A stretch of DNA of 64,000 nt from Eledone cirrhosa (GCA_964016885.1 OZ024742.1:216690001-216754000), one strand, 5' to 3'. Positions 15,573 through 30,384 are shown, counted from the stretch's first letter. Notes: generated from the letters alone by a model not told the origin. Numbers and translations: made by a program.

Positions 15573-16184
15573 GTAAGTAATAAAGATATTCTTTCAAAAC
15601 ACATACGCACGTACACATATTTTTTACCAGTTTCATCCAGTAGCGTATCAGATTGTTAAGCTACACTTATACTTACACATATATTTGGAAATCTATTTGC
15701 TTTTCATACATATATCAGTTTCTAATTTCCAGACCTCACCCACTATCTTCTTAAATATATAGGATTTTACTAATTAGTGTCTGTGCATATAAGGGCGCAT
15801 GTGTGTGTGTGTGCGCGCACGTGTAATGCGCACGTGCGCACGTGTGTGCGTTCCCGTGCGTGTGTTTAATCATGTGTTTCACAATTTATACTATATACTA
15901 TTACACAGGATTATTAGAAAACCTTCTGCAAGTTGAATATCAAGGTGACAGATATAATTACAAATTAATTGGCAGGTGTTCATCTTCCCTTCAATTAAGA
16001 TGAAATACATAACGTAAGGTTTTAAATGAGAACAGACACATGATTAGACAAACCTGATTGTTTAATATATTACTCTTTAAACATATGTAATTTCACTCAG
16101 ACACACACATTCAATCCACTCCCACAAACACACACACACACTCTCTCACACACACACATACAGAGAGGCACACACGCACACACA

Positions 16185-16618
16185 CAGTTGATGAGGATAT
16201 GGACATCATGGATAAGCAGAAGGCTTTGAGAAAGGCTTTTTACAGCCAAAGCGGTGTCAGTGTTCTTGCATAGTTCAGAGGTATGGAGCATAACAAAGCA
16301 ACTATAAAAAAGAATTGATGGATGTTATACAAAAATGTAATGTTGCGCATGGCACTTGATGCTTGGTGAAGATAGAAACTGACCAGCAGAGAAGACTATC
16401 AGTAGCTTCCAACAGTAACCGAAAAGATAAGGCAGGAGAGAGAGAAACTTACAAGTCACAGTGTTTGTCACCATGGGGACAGAGCAAGGGATCTTCTGTG
16501 GGGACTTCCGGGTGGATACAGAAACAGAGTAGAATGAAAAGAATTTAAATTTATAAATTGCTGGAAGATACCGGAGTAGATACTTGTGAGAAAGTTCAGA
16601 AATCTCATGATAGAGAGG
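16185..16618 (+). pseudogene. Degraded RTE-group LINE C-terminal fragment related to 118-1318
   Basis: LMRIWTS...SVFLHSSEVWSITK...RIDGCYTKM..LRMAL...LPTVTEKIRQER...LLEDTG, with stops and frameshifts. Confidence 0.75.
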
Positions 16619-16721
16619 GAGAGAGGGAGAGAGAGAGAGGGGGAGAGAGGGAGAGAGGGAGAGAGAGCGGGAGAGAGAGAGAGAGAGAATGAGAGAGAGA
16701 GAGTTAAATATATATATATTT

Positions 16722-16905
16722 AATATAGAAATGTCTTCTACAGGACTAGACATGTTTCATTCGGGAGCCCAGAGCTTCCTGGTGATTTCTTCCGAATGAA
16801 ACAGTTCTGGTCCTGTAAAAACCATTTCTACATTAAATATTTATACTCCACTATGTATTGAGTACCTTACTTAGTGTGTTTACTCCTGATTGAACCCGGG
16901 ATAAA
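16722..16905. mobile_element. Inverted pair of PLE termini, family A (older subfamily); hammerhead 16773-16817 with CTGGTGA core
   Basis: Homologous to 26672-26860 and 20560-20760. Confidence 0.75.
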
Positions 16906-16973
<68 letters not shown>

Positions 16974-17151
16974 CAAGTATTGCACCAAAAAAGATAAAAC
17001 GTAGGCGTGAAGAGATTATGAAGTTATTTGGTTTGACGATTTAAAATTGTCTGTCTATTATAAAGTGTCTTCATATACTGACTACAATATATATTGTTCA
17101 ATCATATGCAATATTTAATTATTTTTTCGTATTCAACATATGTAGATGCTG

Positions 17152-17260
<109 letters not shown>

Positions 17261-17420
17261 GTCATCTACATATGTTGAATACGAATAAAATGTGTTCTTC
17301 GATAGACGGGCTCATCATATGTTTATTGTATGCAAAAGTACAATGCATGTTTATATATGTTTTCACATACACCTCTATTACGCTTAAGCGCTGCCTTGTA
17401 CTCCTGCTAATTATATATAT

Positions 17421-18018
17421 ATGATGGCTGCCCTCTCGTTATCGAGTATGGCCATTGCACGATATAACATTATTAATAATTATTAATTAATTAATTAATG
17501 CTATTATTAATTAATGCTAGTGAGGAAAGACTGTGCACTGAGCCAATCCCATTCTCTGAGTGACAGTAGCTATAACCCGAAAAGAAGAAAAGATCAACAT
17601 CATCGGTAACTAGAATTTATGTCGGAGTTATCCCACTTTCCTGAGTAGCCTTCTCCTAGAAGAATGCCCTGACAAAGTCTAGGGGTCCTTCACTCCCACT
17701 GGTTTAACCACGCGATAGGCTATCCAGCCCGCATATACATACACATGCATACATATATATACATATAGATATATATATATATACACATGCACATGTATGC
17801 ATGTGTATATGAATAATTACACATTTTTAGATGGCCGTTGACTCTTATGAGCTCTTCCGCCCTTTGTCATGTTTTCTTTTTTGTCCTGCAGGATGTCCAA
17901 AATTATCCTCCTCACCAAGTAAACTTGGTGGGGTCGCCGATTTAGTCGCCTACGACACGACCATGCGACACGTTGTATTTAGTTACAAGTTACCAGTAGC
18001 ACTCAAGTGTGACCTGAC
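17421..18018 (-). mobile_element. Bipartite RTE derivative, subfamily 2, interrupted by a microsatellite
   Basis: 5' end GTCAGGT...GTGCTACTGGTAAC...GGCGACTAAA is shared with 40936-41543. 3' end CTCGATAACGAG...GGCAGCCATCAT is shared with 54601. Confidence 0.75.
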
Positions 18019-18079
18019 ATATATATATATATATATATTGGAAAATGTGTGTAATCCTTGGTACAGTTAGGTATATTAA

Positions 18080-18286
18080 GACAGGGGGAAGAAAAAATGG
18101 CTTCACTTGTGCTTTCAACAAATTTATTTTCTTCACAAAATCCCAAAAGAATTTTTTTCCGGATTAGAAATAAATTTTTTCTTAGAAATATTTTTTTCTA
18201 ATCCGGAAAAAAATTATTTTTGGATTTTGTGAAGAAAATAAATTTGTTGAAAGCACAAGTGAAGCCATTTTTTCTTCCCCCCTGTC
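18080..18286. repeat. Near-perfect palindrome, arms of about 100 bp
   Basis: GACAGGGGGAAGAAAAAATGGCTTCACTTGTGCTTTCAACAAA and its reverse complement. Confidence 0.9.
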
Positions 18287-18429
<143 letters not shown>

Positions 18430-18493
18430 ATATATATATATACATGCACATACACGGCTGGAAAATATCCAAAATTTATAAGTGTGCTTATAC

Positions 18494-18682
18494 ATAATTG
18501 TTTCTACGTTTGGCACAAGGCCAGCAATTTCCCCAGTGCATTACTGGTGGTTTATTTTATCGACCCCGTAAGGATGAAAGGCAAATTTAAGGTCGGTGGA
18601 ATTTGAACTCAGACCGTAAAGGGCCATAACTCCATGCTGCAAATTATGACGTCCGACCCTGTACCGATACTGCCAAGCCACC
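18494..18682 (-). mobile_element. Major SINE copy
   Basis: Reverse complement of the SINE consensus seen at 34188-34376. Confidence 0.9.
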
Positions 18683-19023
18683 TGAGAACCAGCATGCCTG
18701 ATGAGGGAGATGTCTATGCCGGTGTATACGCATTGTCAGTGTCTGTGTAGCTGCTTGCATATCAGTATCTCTATATCAGAGTTTCTGAGTAAATACGATA
18801 TCTAAATTTGGGAATTATAGATAAAATTAATACGATGGACTTTACAACAGAGTATACATTTTAATGAGTTTATATTAAGGCTGTAAAATTACTTAAGATA
18901 ATATAAAATGTTACATTTTGTCCCGATGGGATTTCTTCTTCGTAATTTCCAAACTTTATATGGTCGAATTTCTTAAATGTGTAAATAATTATTCTCTAGC
19001 GTTTAAATATTGAAATTTATCTT

Positions 19024-19766
19024 AATAATTGTTAGTACTTTAGGCACAAGGCCAGCAATTACCCAGTGCATTACTGGTACTTTATTTTATCGACCTCGTA
19101 AGGATGAAAGGCAAAGTCAACCTCAGCGGGATTTGAACTCAGACCGTAAAGGGCCGTAACTCTATGCTACTAAGCGAGGCGTCCGACCCTCTACCGATAC
19201 TGCCAATCCACCACCCTATGGTCGAATTTCTTAAATGTGTAAATAATTATTCTCTAACGTTTAAATATTGAAATTTATCTTAATAATTGTTTGTACTGTT
19301 GGCACAAGGCTAGAAAATTACCCAGTACATTACTGGTACTTTATTTTATCGACCCCGTAAGGATGAAAGCTTAATAATTGTTTCTACTATTGGCACAAGG
19401 CCAGCAATTACCCAGTACATTACTGGTACTTTATTTCATCGACCACGTAAGGATTAAAGGTAAAGTTAACCTCGACGGGATTTGAACTCAGAATGGCAAG
19501 GGCTGTAACTCAATGCGCCAAAGCATGGCGTCCGACCCTCTACCGATACTGCCAATTCACCGCCTGATGAAAGCTTAATAATTGTTTCTACTTTTTGGCA
19601 CAATGCCATCAATTAACCAGTACATTACTGGTACTTTATTTTATCGACCCCGTAAGGATGAAAGGCAAAGTTAACCTCGGCGGGATTTGAACTCAGACTG
19701 TAAAGGGACGTAACTATGCTGGAAAGCATGGCGTCCGACCCTCTACCAATACTGCCAATCCACCGC
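19024..19766 (-). mobile_element. Tandem array of four major SINE copies (one truncated)
   Basis: Repeated GGCACAAGGCCAGCAATTACCCAGT...GGATTTGAACTCAGA...CCGATACTGCCAATCCACC. Confidence 0.92.
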
Positions 19767-20559
19767 TCTTTGAAGGCTTAATAATTAAGCTATAATAGCA
19801 ACAAGAAAACAACGAAATCTATTGTTCTGTTGTCATCTTTTGTAAATCAGGAAACTAAAGTGGCGATTCTTTGTTTTGCATAAGCGTTTTAATAATATAT
19901 ATATATATACATACACGTATAGGTACGCGTACACACGTGTGGGATTACGCACACAAACACACACGCATATACGTGCGTTTCGAAAAGATTCGCGAAATTT
20001 GAAATTCTTATGAGAAACTTAGAAGCCTCATCAAATTCTTTTGGTAAAAGAAAATAGGACGTATAACCCCACTTAACAGGAAAAATAGACATTAACACCT
20101 ACGGGACTTTAAAAAATATGATCATGATTGACGGACAGAAATGCTACCATTACACTAAAATAGTGTACACTATATATATATTGTTTTTTCTGTCACATCA
20201 TCAGTCCCACGAGCAGATCGATACTGGAGTCGGGTCCATGGGTTACCTTGAGCCAATCCTTTGTGAAAGGCGCGTAACAGGTCGATACACAAGAAATAGT
20301 TTTCATATGTTAATGAAACTTCCTTGTTTCTATTCTATAAACTTTATCAGAGGGTTTAAAGATCGATATAATGGGTTTCACGCAGAGCTGATATATAAAG
20401 AATAAGAAGCACCAAAGAATCAATATGCTATTAAACTAACACATGTTTCAGCCGATAGAGATTCATCCCGAGGAGGTGAGATTATAAAATCAGGAATTTT
20501 CGAATGTTCTTAAGAAACAAATCCCCCCCCCCCCCCACCCCCCTACAAGAAATGTTTAT

Positions 20560-20760
20560 CTAAATAGAAATGGCTTCTACAGAACTAGAACAGTTTCATT
20601 CGATGGACATCATCAAGGAAAAGATTTTTCCTGGTGATTTCTTTCGAATGAAACGGTTCTAGTCCCGTAGATGCCATTTCTATATTAAACTTAATGTTTA
20701 CACACTACAATTGAATTGAGTACCTTACTTACTGCGGTTACCCCCGATTAAACCCGGTAC
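20560..20760. mobile_element. Inverted pair of PLE termini, family A; hammerhead fold 20631-20669
   Basis: CTGGTGA...GAA-ACGG-TTCTAGTC-CCGT-A; downstream ATTGAGTACCTTACTTAC. Confidence 0.75.
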
Positions 20761-21161
20761 TCACACACACACATATATATATATATATATTTGTGTGTGT
20801 GTGTGTGTGTAAGATTTTGCTCGTGGATGAAAATTGTCAATTAGACACTGATACAATTATTAAGGTGCATTTAAATATAAATTAAGATTGATAGGTAGAA
20901 GATAGTTTTAGTGTAAAGAGAGTGAGATCACCTTACTTAATGACACCACACCTGCACATTGACAGCATAATTTTTATCAATTTATTTTTTTACTTTTACG
21001 ATCAGCTTAACTCTAGATCTTTATATTTCGGCTAATGTCAGTTTCTAACTTTGACAATGTTACGCTTGCCTAACTTATACGCAAATAAACCCCGCCATTT
21101 TAGCGAGTTCTACGCTAGTATTTGTATGTAAGTGTGTGAGTATGTGACTTATTAGGTGTGT

Positions 21162-21221
<60 letters not shown>

Positions 21222-22595
21222 GCGTGCGTGTGTGTGTGTGTGTGTGCGTGGGCATGTGCTTGTGTGTGTATGTGAATTATATGTGAATGAATTCTGTGTA
21301 AACCTAACTTGTGTGAAATATTACTTTTTCTAATTCGCAATGCATCGAAAGTTTGGAGCTGATAAATACTTTTTATCTTTTTTGTCAGAGTTATTATCCC
21401 TTTAATTGAAATTTCAGTAGAATTGAAATGTTTTCGAAAATAGAGATATAATTTAAAAGAGAAAAAAGCTGTTTCTCTCTTTGTTGCTTAAAGATTTTCT
21501 CTTGATAATGTTATTTTGAATTATTTCTTCTTATCTCATTAGTAGAATTCTTTTATTACAGAAAATCGGAACATGTGCTGTTGAGTGAGACATTTTATGT
21601 ACATTTTTAATGATATATTTTTACTTTAATAATTAACTGTAAAACTTTGCAACCAAATTATTGATTTGCATCCTTACTTTACCTGGTGTTCTCAAATGGA
21701 TTCTTTTCATACGAGCATATTGTTCCTGTGGTTGCTCTTTAGAGGACTTACATTGAACTCACATCCTATGTGCTGGCACTTTCAAAACTGATCCGTATGG
21801 TCACTGCATATTTTCGTTGCCAATTATAAAGCAAGTGCACAAAACAGCCGTTAATTATACATTACCTCGCCCACCAATTAGATTGAGAGCAAGGATGAAG
21901 CTATTTAATTATCTTAATCATAGACATGGCACAATATCATTAACGACTGCAAAATTAACCCCTGCACCAATTGGCCGAGTTTCCTTCTTTCTATTGGGCA
22001 AGTGTCGGTTCTATTGCACTACAAAGAAAGAATGTGTTTATCCGTGTTCAACAAACTGTTGTAATCTTGAAGTGCCTCTTAACTTATTGAATGAATTTAA
22101 AAAATAGATTTTACTCTTATAAACCAGTAAAGAGCAATGTGAATGTTATTAATATTCATAAGTTTGAAAAGAATAGTCACAATATAAATGGAATGAAACG
22201 TTTTCTGGGTAGCAAGGTATTGAAATCGTCATACAGTGTCGATTTGCCCGGAGTTCATATTTTGTTCTATAGCACTCACTGAACAAATATAGGTTTCTGA
22301 TAAAAGCAGGTGATTGATTTATTATTTTCCATGCAATCTGTGTATTTATAGATGACATGAGTGAGATTGTCAATATATTTCTCCAGGGTTGTAGCATTGC
22401 AAGTGAAGTGAATAGATTTTAACTGGAAATCAAAATCTGCTCACAGACCCCATTCACTAGCAATAAAATGCCCGCTATTTTTAAATGCAATCTTAAGACA
22501 TTTTCTCGAAGTATTAGTCTCATAAGTAAGGTCCGATTCTCGTAACTAGGAATTGAACTCGGACCACAAGGATTTTCCATATATTATACGGAATT

Positions 22596-23165
22596 AGATA
22601 ATTGTTTCTACTTTTGGCACAAGGCCATAAATTACCCAGTGCATTACTGGTACTTTATTTTATCGACCCCGTAAGGATGAAAGGTAAAGTTAGATAATGG
22701 TTTTTAACATTGGTATAAAGCAATTAATTGTGGGTGATAGCATATACTTGATTTTATAATACCATATATCGTATATTTACTCGACACGGGAAGAAAAAAT
22801 GAAAACTCTATCTAGCGGGATTTGAACTCAAAACTTTAATCGATACAATTACCTACAGAAAATCAGTCTCTCGGTCAATGTAAATCTCGGCCAACCACAA
22901 GCTATTAAAATATAAAACTGTTGCTTCACAAGGTCAAACATTTGGTGAGGGAAGTATACTCAATTATATGACCTCATTTCTTGATTGGTACTTAATTTTG
23001 AAAGGCAACGTTGACCACAGCTGGATATGAACACTGTAGAATTAAATATCGATTTCTAATTTAGGCAGAAGGTGGTATTTGATCTCAGAATTTAGAGAAC
23101 TAGAAAAAGTATTGCAATTGAATATTATCCCACGCACTACGATTTCTGCCATTCCACCCTCCTTG
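22596..23165 (-). mobile_element. Truncated young SINE (22596-22692) followed by older diverged SINE copies
   Basis: Matches to the SINE tail, core and GGATTTGAACTC. Confidence 0.7.
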
Positions 23166-24343
23166 TAGAACTAAATATTAATAACAAAATGTATACCTGA
23201 ACTGTCGACTCTTTCTGACGTCATTATGACTAAATCTTGATTTATAATAATGTTTATGTACAATAATTTCATGGGCAGCCTCACTTAAATTTATCATTAT
23301 AGATTTAAATCAGTTTTCTCTTTCAGATGTCACACTCTTTGTTCGAATCATTCTCTCCATGTTGTTTAAGTAGCGTTTGAAGAATCATCTTAAAATGTAC
23401 TTAATAAGTTTAGCAAAACCTCCATTAATGGTTGACAGTAATGCTTCAAGACCGTTTAACTCTTGAAATTTATGAAGCAAGTTTGCAGGAAGCTATGAAT
23501 GTTGCATGGTTTATATCTATTGAAAACTATATTGCGTTATCTAAGTAATTAATATCCCTGTGAAAAGCTTTTTCATCACAACCGGTTACTTCGTCTCAAT
23601 GCTATAGATATTTAGCCTCGTGACTCTAATAAAGATATCAAATTTCAAATTTCTATTGTTAGCTGTATTGTTTACATATTTTAAGATATTTTCAAAAATT
23701 AGGTAACTTGAAGAGTTCGTAGATCGAAGGAAAATTATTTTGTTGTATTTGGTTATGTCCCTCATAATTCTGAATACAAATTTCGCCTAGGCCTAATGGT
23801 TCCATAAAATAAAGCACTTATAAATAACTGAATTATGTTTGTCTTTACTGTTCCTACACTAGAAGATCTATGACCTTGTAAATAAGTCAGAAATACTTAT
23901 TATTAATGATCCAGAGACAATGTTTTGACTCTACCTTGCTTATTCAAAATAAAAACTCTGGCAATCACTTCGTTGGAGAATATTGAAAGCATATATTAGA
24001 CCTTATCACTTTACTGGTATTTTGACCTAAGACATTTTTAGATTAAATTTATGTTCAAATAACGCGGATCCGTCACATATTGCGTCTAATTTTTGCATGT
24101 TATAATGCTTATCATATGTATAAATTTCAAAAAGAATGTTCTTTTCGAGCGGTAGATTTTCACGATAGTTTGTAATGCTAAGTAAATGTCATTTTTTTCT
24201 GTTTATGCAGAATATTTATAACACTGTGCTAGATATTCCAATAAGATTGTATTGTATTCTGTGGCCATGTGTAGGTGTGCTTATGCACGCACCCACACAT
24301 ATATACACATTAGTATCTGCATTTACATATATGTGTGTATGTG

Positions 24344-24387
<44 letters not shown>

Positions 24388-24853
24388 GTTATGTATACAT
24401 ACATACATACATACATACATACATACATACATACATACATACATACATACATACATACATACATACATGCATACGTGTGTATGTATAATCAATTATAGAA
24501 AATAATATTTTGCAAATATAACTAACATGTTTTGTATAAAATATTTGAGAAGCGTATTCAATAAAATGAAAAATATATGCAGGTTTAGGGCGATAATATA
24601 ATGAAATATATGGATGGCTGAGACGAAAAATAACTGGAATATAAATACTATGTATAATAAAAATACTATGTATAATAAAATAAACAAATGCTTACTTATG
24701 CGGCGAAAAAGTATATAGATACATGCATATATTTATTTATATGTATCCCTGTATATATTCTCAACTGTCTTTTCGTCTAAGCCATATATGTGTGTATGTG
24801 TGCGCGCGCGTGTATGTGTCTGTATGTGTGTGTGTGCGTGTGTGTGAGTATGT

Positions 24854-24958
<105 letters not shown>

Positions 24959-26204
24959 CTCTTTAGTGATTACCATAGTGAGAAAATATACATAAATAAA
25001 TGTGTAAGCAAGCAAAATATAACAAGAATAACAATTCTTTTTAAATTTATGATTTTTCAAATTTTGTAACAAAATATACAAATCTGATTAAAATAATTCT
25101 GAAAATAATTTAAATATATGCATAATATAGAGAACTAAAACAGTGTATATTTTTTACATAAATTGCTCAAAATCGATGAGCATTAGGAAAAAGAGACTCG
25201 CATGGCACTTAGCAGTTTATATTCGGAGAGCCTGGATGAGCCATTTTGCCAAATGTTCCTAGAGTTTCTAGGTAACAGAATAAAAAATGGAAGTAAAAAT
25301 ATGCGTAATATGTTTAGTATAAAAAGGTATATATAAGAAATGACGATGTATATACACAGCCACAGCAACACAAAATAAAGATGAGTGAAGGAAAGTTGAA
25401 GAAAAGCCAACTATGTGATACATAAAAACCAAACAAAACGAGAGAGTGTACATGAAAATTCACCATAAAAGTGAACCGTTTAAGTACAAATAACATATAT
25501 ATGTATATCTGTGCGCGTGTGTGTGTGTGTGTTATCTGCACTTAAACGTTACACTCTTATGGTGAATTTTGCTGTCGGTATTTGCACTTTCATCCATTCA
25601 TCTTCATGTTGCGTTGCTGCGGCTGTGTAACTAAATTGTGGTTAATTCTTAATAATATTAGTTTTCTAACTCTAGTTAAATTCGGTTTATTATCAGAGAA
25701 CGTAGATAATCTTATTTAAGATACCAAAACACTGTTAAATGTTGTAAATAATTCTTACTATAGCATTACACTTTAGTGTCTATCTACACATTATGGATGA
25801 GCATTGAAAAAGAGACAAAGACGCTATCAACCACGGAAACAATGGAGAGAAAGGTGGTAGTTAATGATGGAATGCATGTTCCAAAAATTCGAAGAGAAAA
25901 CAATACCAATAAATACCATGTGATGTTCGCCAATGAAGATAATACTATACTAAATAATGCAAGATGGGAAAATTACGAAGTAACGTGGAACGTATATTTG
26001 CAAAAGTAACTATGAAATCCTTTTCCCTGTGGCGCCACATATTTTCCAGTTGGTGAAAACCCCAGAGATATTCTCAAGATGTGTTTTCTCAAGTTAACAG
26101 ACATGAGCTACGTTAAGGCCCAAACCCATATTAATTATTGATTGCCATGCCGCGTTCTCGTCAACAAGGTTCTTCAAAACAAACATCATTAAGATAAATG
26201 AACA

Positions 26205-26264
<60 letters not shown>

Positions 26265-26324
26265 TAAATAAAAAGTCAAATGTTTAAAATTTAGCTTCGT
26301 TTATTACTGCTATATATATATTTC

Positions 26325-26521
26325 AGTGACAGCCATCTTTGGCTGTGACCTCTTCAGGCAGTCCGAATTAGTGTGGTATAGACATGTACATATGTTGTTG
26401 AGGTGTATAATGTTGTCAATACTCTGATATGTCCAGCTCCTGGTTAGGTTGTTATTTCTCTGAGGAACTGGAATCATGATTCCAGTTAAACGATTTTCAG
26501 TGTCAAAGGGCCTCTTCTCCT

Positions 26522-26525
<4 letters not shown>
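26325..26525 (-). pseudogene. Short degraded LINE RT N-terminal fragment
   Basis: TGIMIPVPQRNNNL...YQSI resembles the 'I.P.PK....NYR.I' block that precedes non-LTR RT domains; bounded by (TA)n. Confidence 0.4.
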
Positions 26526-26577
<52 letters not shown>

Positions 26578-26581
<4 letters not shown>

Positions 26582-26648
26582 CGACGGTTCGGATCTAGCT
26601 GTCGAAACGGCCGGAGCTCAGCCGTCGGGGTCCTGACTCTGTTTCTAT
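26578..26648 (+). mobile_element. PLE terminus family B fragment with near-complete hammerhead
   Basis: TGACGA-CGGTT-CGGATCT-AGCTG-TC-GAA-ACGGC-CGGAGCTCA-GCCGT-C^-GGGG; 5' stem I lost to (TA)n. Confidence 0.6.
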
Positions 26649-26754
26649 ATATGTATATATATATATACGTAGGTCCCGGGTTGAGTCGGGGATAACCACA
26701 GTAAGTAAGGTACTCAATACATGGCAGAGTAAAAACATTTTATTTTATAGAAGG

Positions 26755-26805
26755 AGCTTCTACAGGACTAGTACTGTTTCATTCAGATGAAATCTTCAGG
26801 AAGCT
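26755..26805 (-). ncRNA. Intact type I hammerhead ribozyme (family A) in PLE terminus 26672-26860
   Basis: AGCTTC-CTGAAGA-T-TTC-ATCT-GAA-T-GAA-ACAG-TACTAGTC-CTGT-A^-GAAGCT: canonical CUGANGA/GAAA core, GUA triplet, 6-bp stem I, 4-bp stem III. Confidence 0.88.
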
Positions 26806-27329
26806 GGGTGTTAAGTTCTGGTATTTATACATTTAGGTAGTGGTAAGGGAGGGGTGGTTTATTCTTTGGGGAGTGGTCAATTAGCCAGAGTGCTTTTTTT
26901 AAATAAATAAATAAGTAAATAAATAAATAAATAAATAAATGAATAAATAGATAAATGAATAAATAAATAAAGAAAATAAATAAATAAAAAGATAAATAAA
27001 TAAATAAAAACCCCAAGAATAGTAATTCAACAGATATATAGTAGGGAATTTTTTTTAGGTGGGTTGGTAATAGAAATTAAACAAGACCGAACCATGGCAC
27101 AGACTGAGGTGAGTGGTCAAGTTAACATTCAAGTCACAGGTGGCCAGAGTGTTTTTGCAGAATGGAAAGAATAAAATATATTTACATACTCACAACCACA
27201 TACAAAAACACTTACACACACATATATATTAGGATCGATCGACTTTCGTCAAATCGGACTGAGGAAACAATGTTTTCGTCGGTCTTTCCAGTTGCTAGTA
27301 CTATCTATCGGTCGCAACTCCAGGTAGAA

Positions 27330-27761
<432 letters not shown>

Positions 27762-27788
27762 CACACACACACATATATATATATATAT

Positions 27789-27838
27789 GCTTCCTGGAGA
27801 TTTCATCTGAATGAAACAGTACTAGTCCTGTAGAAGCT
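27789..27838 (+). ncRNA. Family A hammerhead copy with A6G core (CTGGAGA)
   Basis: Otherwise matches the 26755-26805 copy; embedded in (TA)n. Confidence 0.75.
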
Positions 27839-27883
27839 CCTTCTATAAAATTATATTTATATATATATATATATGTGTATACC

Positions 27884-28028
<145 letters not shown>

Positions 28029-28767
28029 TAGCGAGAATCGTTTTCAGCTCAGGAATTAACGAAAATCAACGTCCGATATGTGTGGCAAGCGCTCGATGAA
28101 TCATATGAATCAGAGCTACAACATACGTTAAGGGCCAAACACACTGAGATGATGGTTAAACATATCATCCGCACAGCCAAAACAAAACGACCAAGTAATT
28201 CGGGTCAAACAATAAAAATATATGTGTTGATACTTTCCCGGACCCTGGACTGATGGTAAGATCCAGTATTGGTTTCTGCGACTCCAAATCAGGTACTGTC
28301 CGCCTACATAAAGAATGTTGGGCTTCTGGTGAGATGATGAACAAGGAAGTCGTGTTATCAACGGGTTTTGCTCCAAGATGATATATATATACATACACAT
28401 GTGTGTGTGTGTATACACATATATATACATATACACACACATACATGCATACACACACACACATACATACATACACATATATACATATATACACAAGAAA
28501 AAACACAAACACACAAATATACACACACACGCATACACATACACACACATATATATATCTACACATACACACGTGCGCATACACATATATTATATATATA
28601 CACACCTACATGTATGTATGTCTCTCGGTATAAACTATACTATACATACACATACATACATATGCACACATACATACACATACATACATACACACACAAA
28701 CACATACATACACACATATATACATATATACATATACACACATACACACACATACATATATAATCTC

Positions 28768-28832
<65 letters not shown>

Positions 28833-29236
28833 TACATACATACACATACACATATACAAGCACACACGCATACATACACATACATACATACAAATAAGTA
28901 CACATAAACGCATATGCACAAACACGCACTCGTTCGCACTCATACATGCGTCTATAATATAATGGGAAAAGGTAGTGGGACAAATTTTAAAGTTTAAATT
29001 TTAAATTTTAATCTGGGCCTGATAGAGGATTAAAATAATTAATATCACTACTAAGTTATTAATATTATCATCAAGTAATTAATTACTATTTATTATTTAC
29101 TATTTACCATTCTCTATTCGTTACCTATCTTTTATCTTTTATCTATTCATTACCTAATCATTCACTCATAAATTAATAAATAAATGAATGAGTTAACTAA
29201 CAAACAAACAAACAAAAAGATAAACAAATAAACCAG

Positions 29237-29275
<39 letters not shown>

Positions 29276-29281
29276 AGTAAC

Positions 29282-29316
<35 letters not shown>

Positions 29317-29563
29317 ATATACAGATAAATAGATAAATAAATCACGAACGTGTGCGTGCAGCAGTTCATAACTGCACGTATGCAAACATGAGCAGGTATA
29401 TACGTGAATTTGTGTGTGCGGCCACGGAACTTTACTCAGAGGCATACAACACAATATATAAGACCTGGAGGGGAGGAAAGAAGGTAATAATGAGAGATAG
29501 AGGGGAGGAAAGAGGGTAATAATGAGAGATGGAGGGACGGAATTGGGATGGGGGGCGGGGGGG

Positions 29564-30217
29564 TCAGTCGGGGGGCCGGGTGGGTCTGTAGTTTTTGTAA
29601 TTTGCATAGTTCTTGTGCATGCAATTAGGGGAGTGTTCCGAGATCTTGTTGAGGAGAGGGCCTTTGGCGAATAGAATCTCATAGCTCTCGGAGATACAGA
29701 GGTCACAGCAATTATGGCCTCCCGTGTAGGATCGCGCTCTCTGGAGTAGTCTCCATTGGGTCTTGAAGGGGATGGAGTTCCTTTTAAGGTGCCAGATGTG
29801 GGCGGCGAGTGTAGTTTGGTTAGATTTGTCTGGGCGCCGGAACGAATGTGTGTGGGCGTACCAGCGAGTCTTAAAACTGTTAGAAGTCATCCCGATGTAC
29901 GAGTTTCTTTTTTCATCGGGGCCTGAGAGTACATCGCATATATAGACGAGATCTTTTTTTAGACAGTTGTTGTTGAGAGGGCAGGTCGTCTTATCAGGGC
30001 AATTGCAATTGCTATCGGTTGCTGGATGGGCTTCAGAAAAAGTAGACTTATTTAGCTTCTTGATGTTATTGTTGGCTAAGTTTCTAGCTAGATTAGGTGT
30101 GATAGAGTAAGAGAGTCTAATGGTATTCTTATTAAGGATAGTATAGTACCTATGTTGGGTGGGGAAGTGTTTTTGTAAGAGAGTGAAGAAAATTTTAGCT
30201 ACAGGTGTTGAAACTAC
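29564..30217 (-). mobile_element. Penelope-like element 3' portion: linker, Cys cluster and GIY-YIG endonuclease (217-aa stop-free frame)
   Basis: Extending the listed ORF upstream by hand gives VSTPVAKIFFTLLQKHFP...NKNTIRLSYS...CNCPDKTTCPLNNNC..DLVY...YIGMTSNSFKTRWYAH...CDLCISE..LLN. Confidence 0.9.
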
Positions 30218-30341
30218 CTAAGCCACCACCCCTCCCTTAAAACTACCTAAATGTATAAATACCAGAACTTAATATGACACCCAGCTTCCTGAAGATTTCA
30301 TCTGAATGAAACAGTACTAGTCCTATAGAAGCTCCTTCTAT

Positions 30342-30350
<9 letters not shown>
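30212..30350 (+). mobile_element. Inverted PLE terminus abutting the 5' truncation: TATAAATA (30254-30261) and hammerhead 30283-30333
   Basis: Reverse complement of 26745-26860; the hammerhead has one stem III mismatch (CTAT). Confidence 0.85.
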
Positions 30351-30372
<22 letters not shown>

Positions 30373-30384
30373 AATACATATATA

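Noticed and set aside
18229-18270. Hammerhead-like GTGAAGA...GAAAGC in the 18080 palindrome
   Set aside because: C3 is altered, there is no NUH in register, and stem I does not pair.
18698-18800. CTGATGA followed by GGGAGAT...ATCTCT stem
   Set aside because: No GAAA or stem III downstream.
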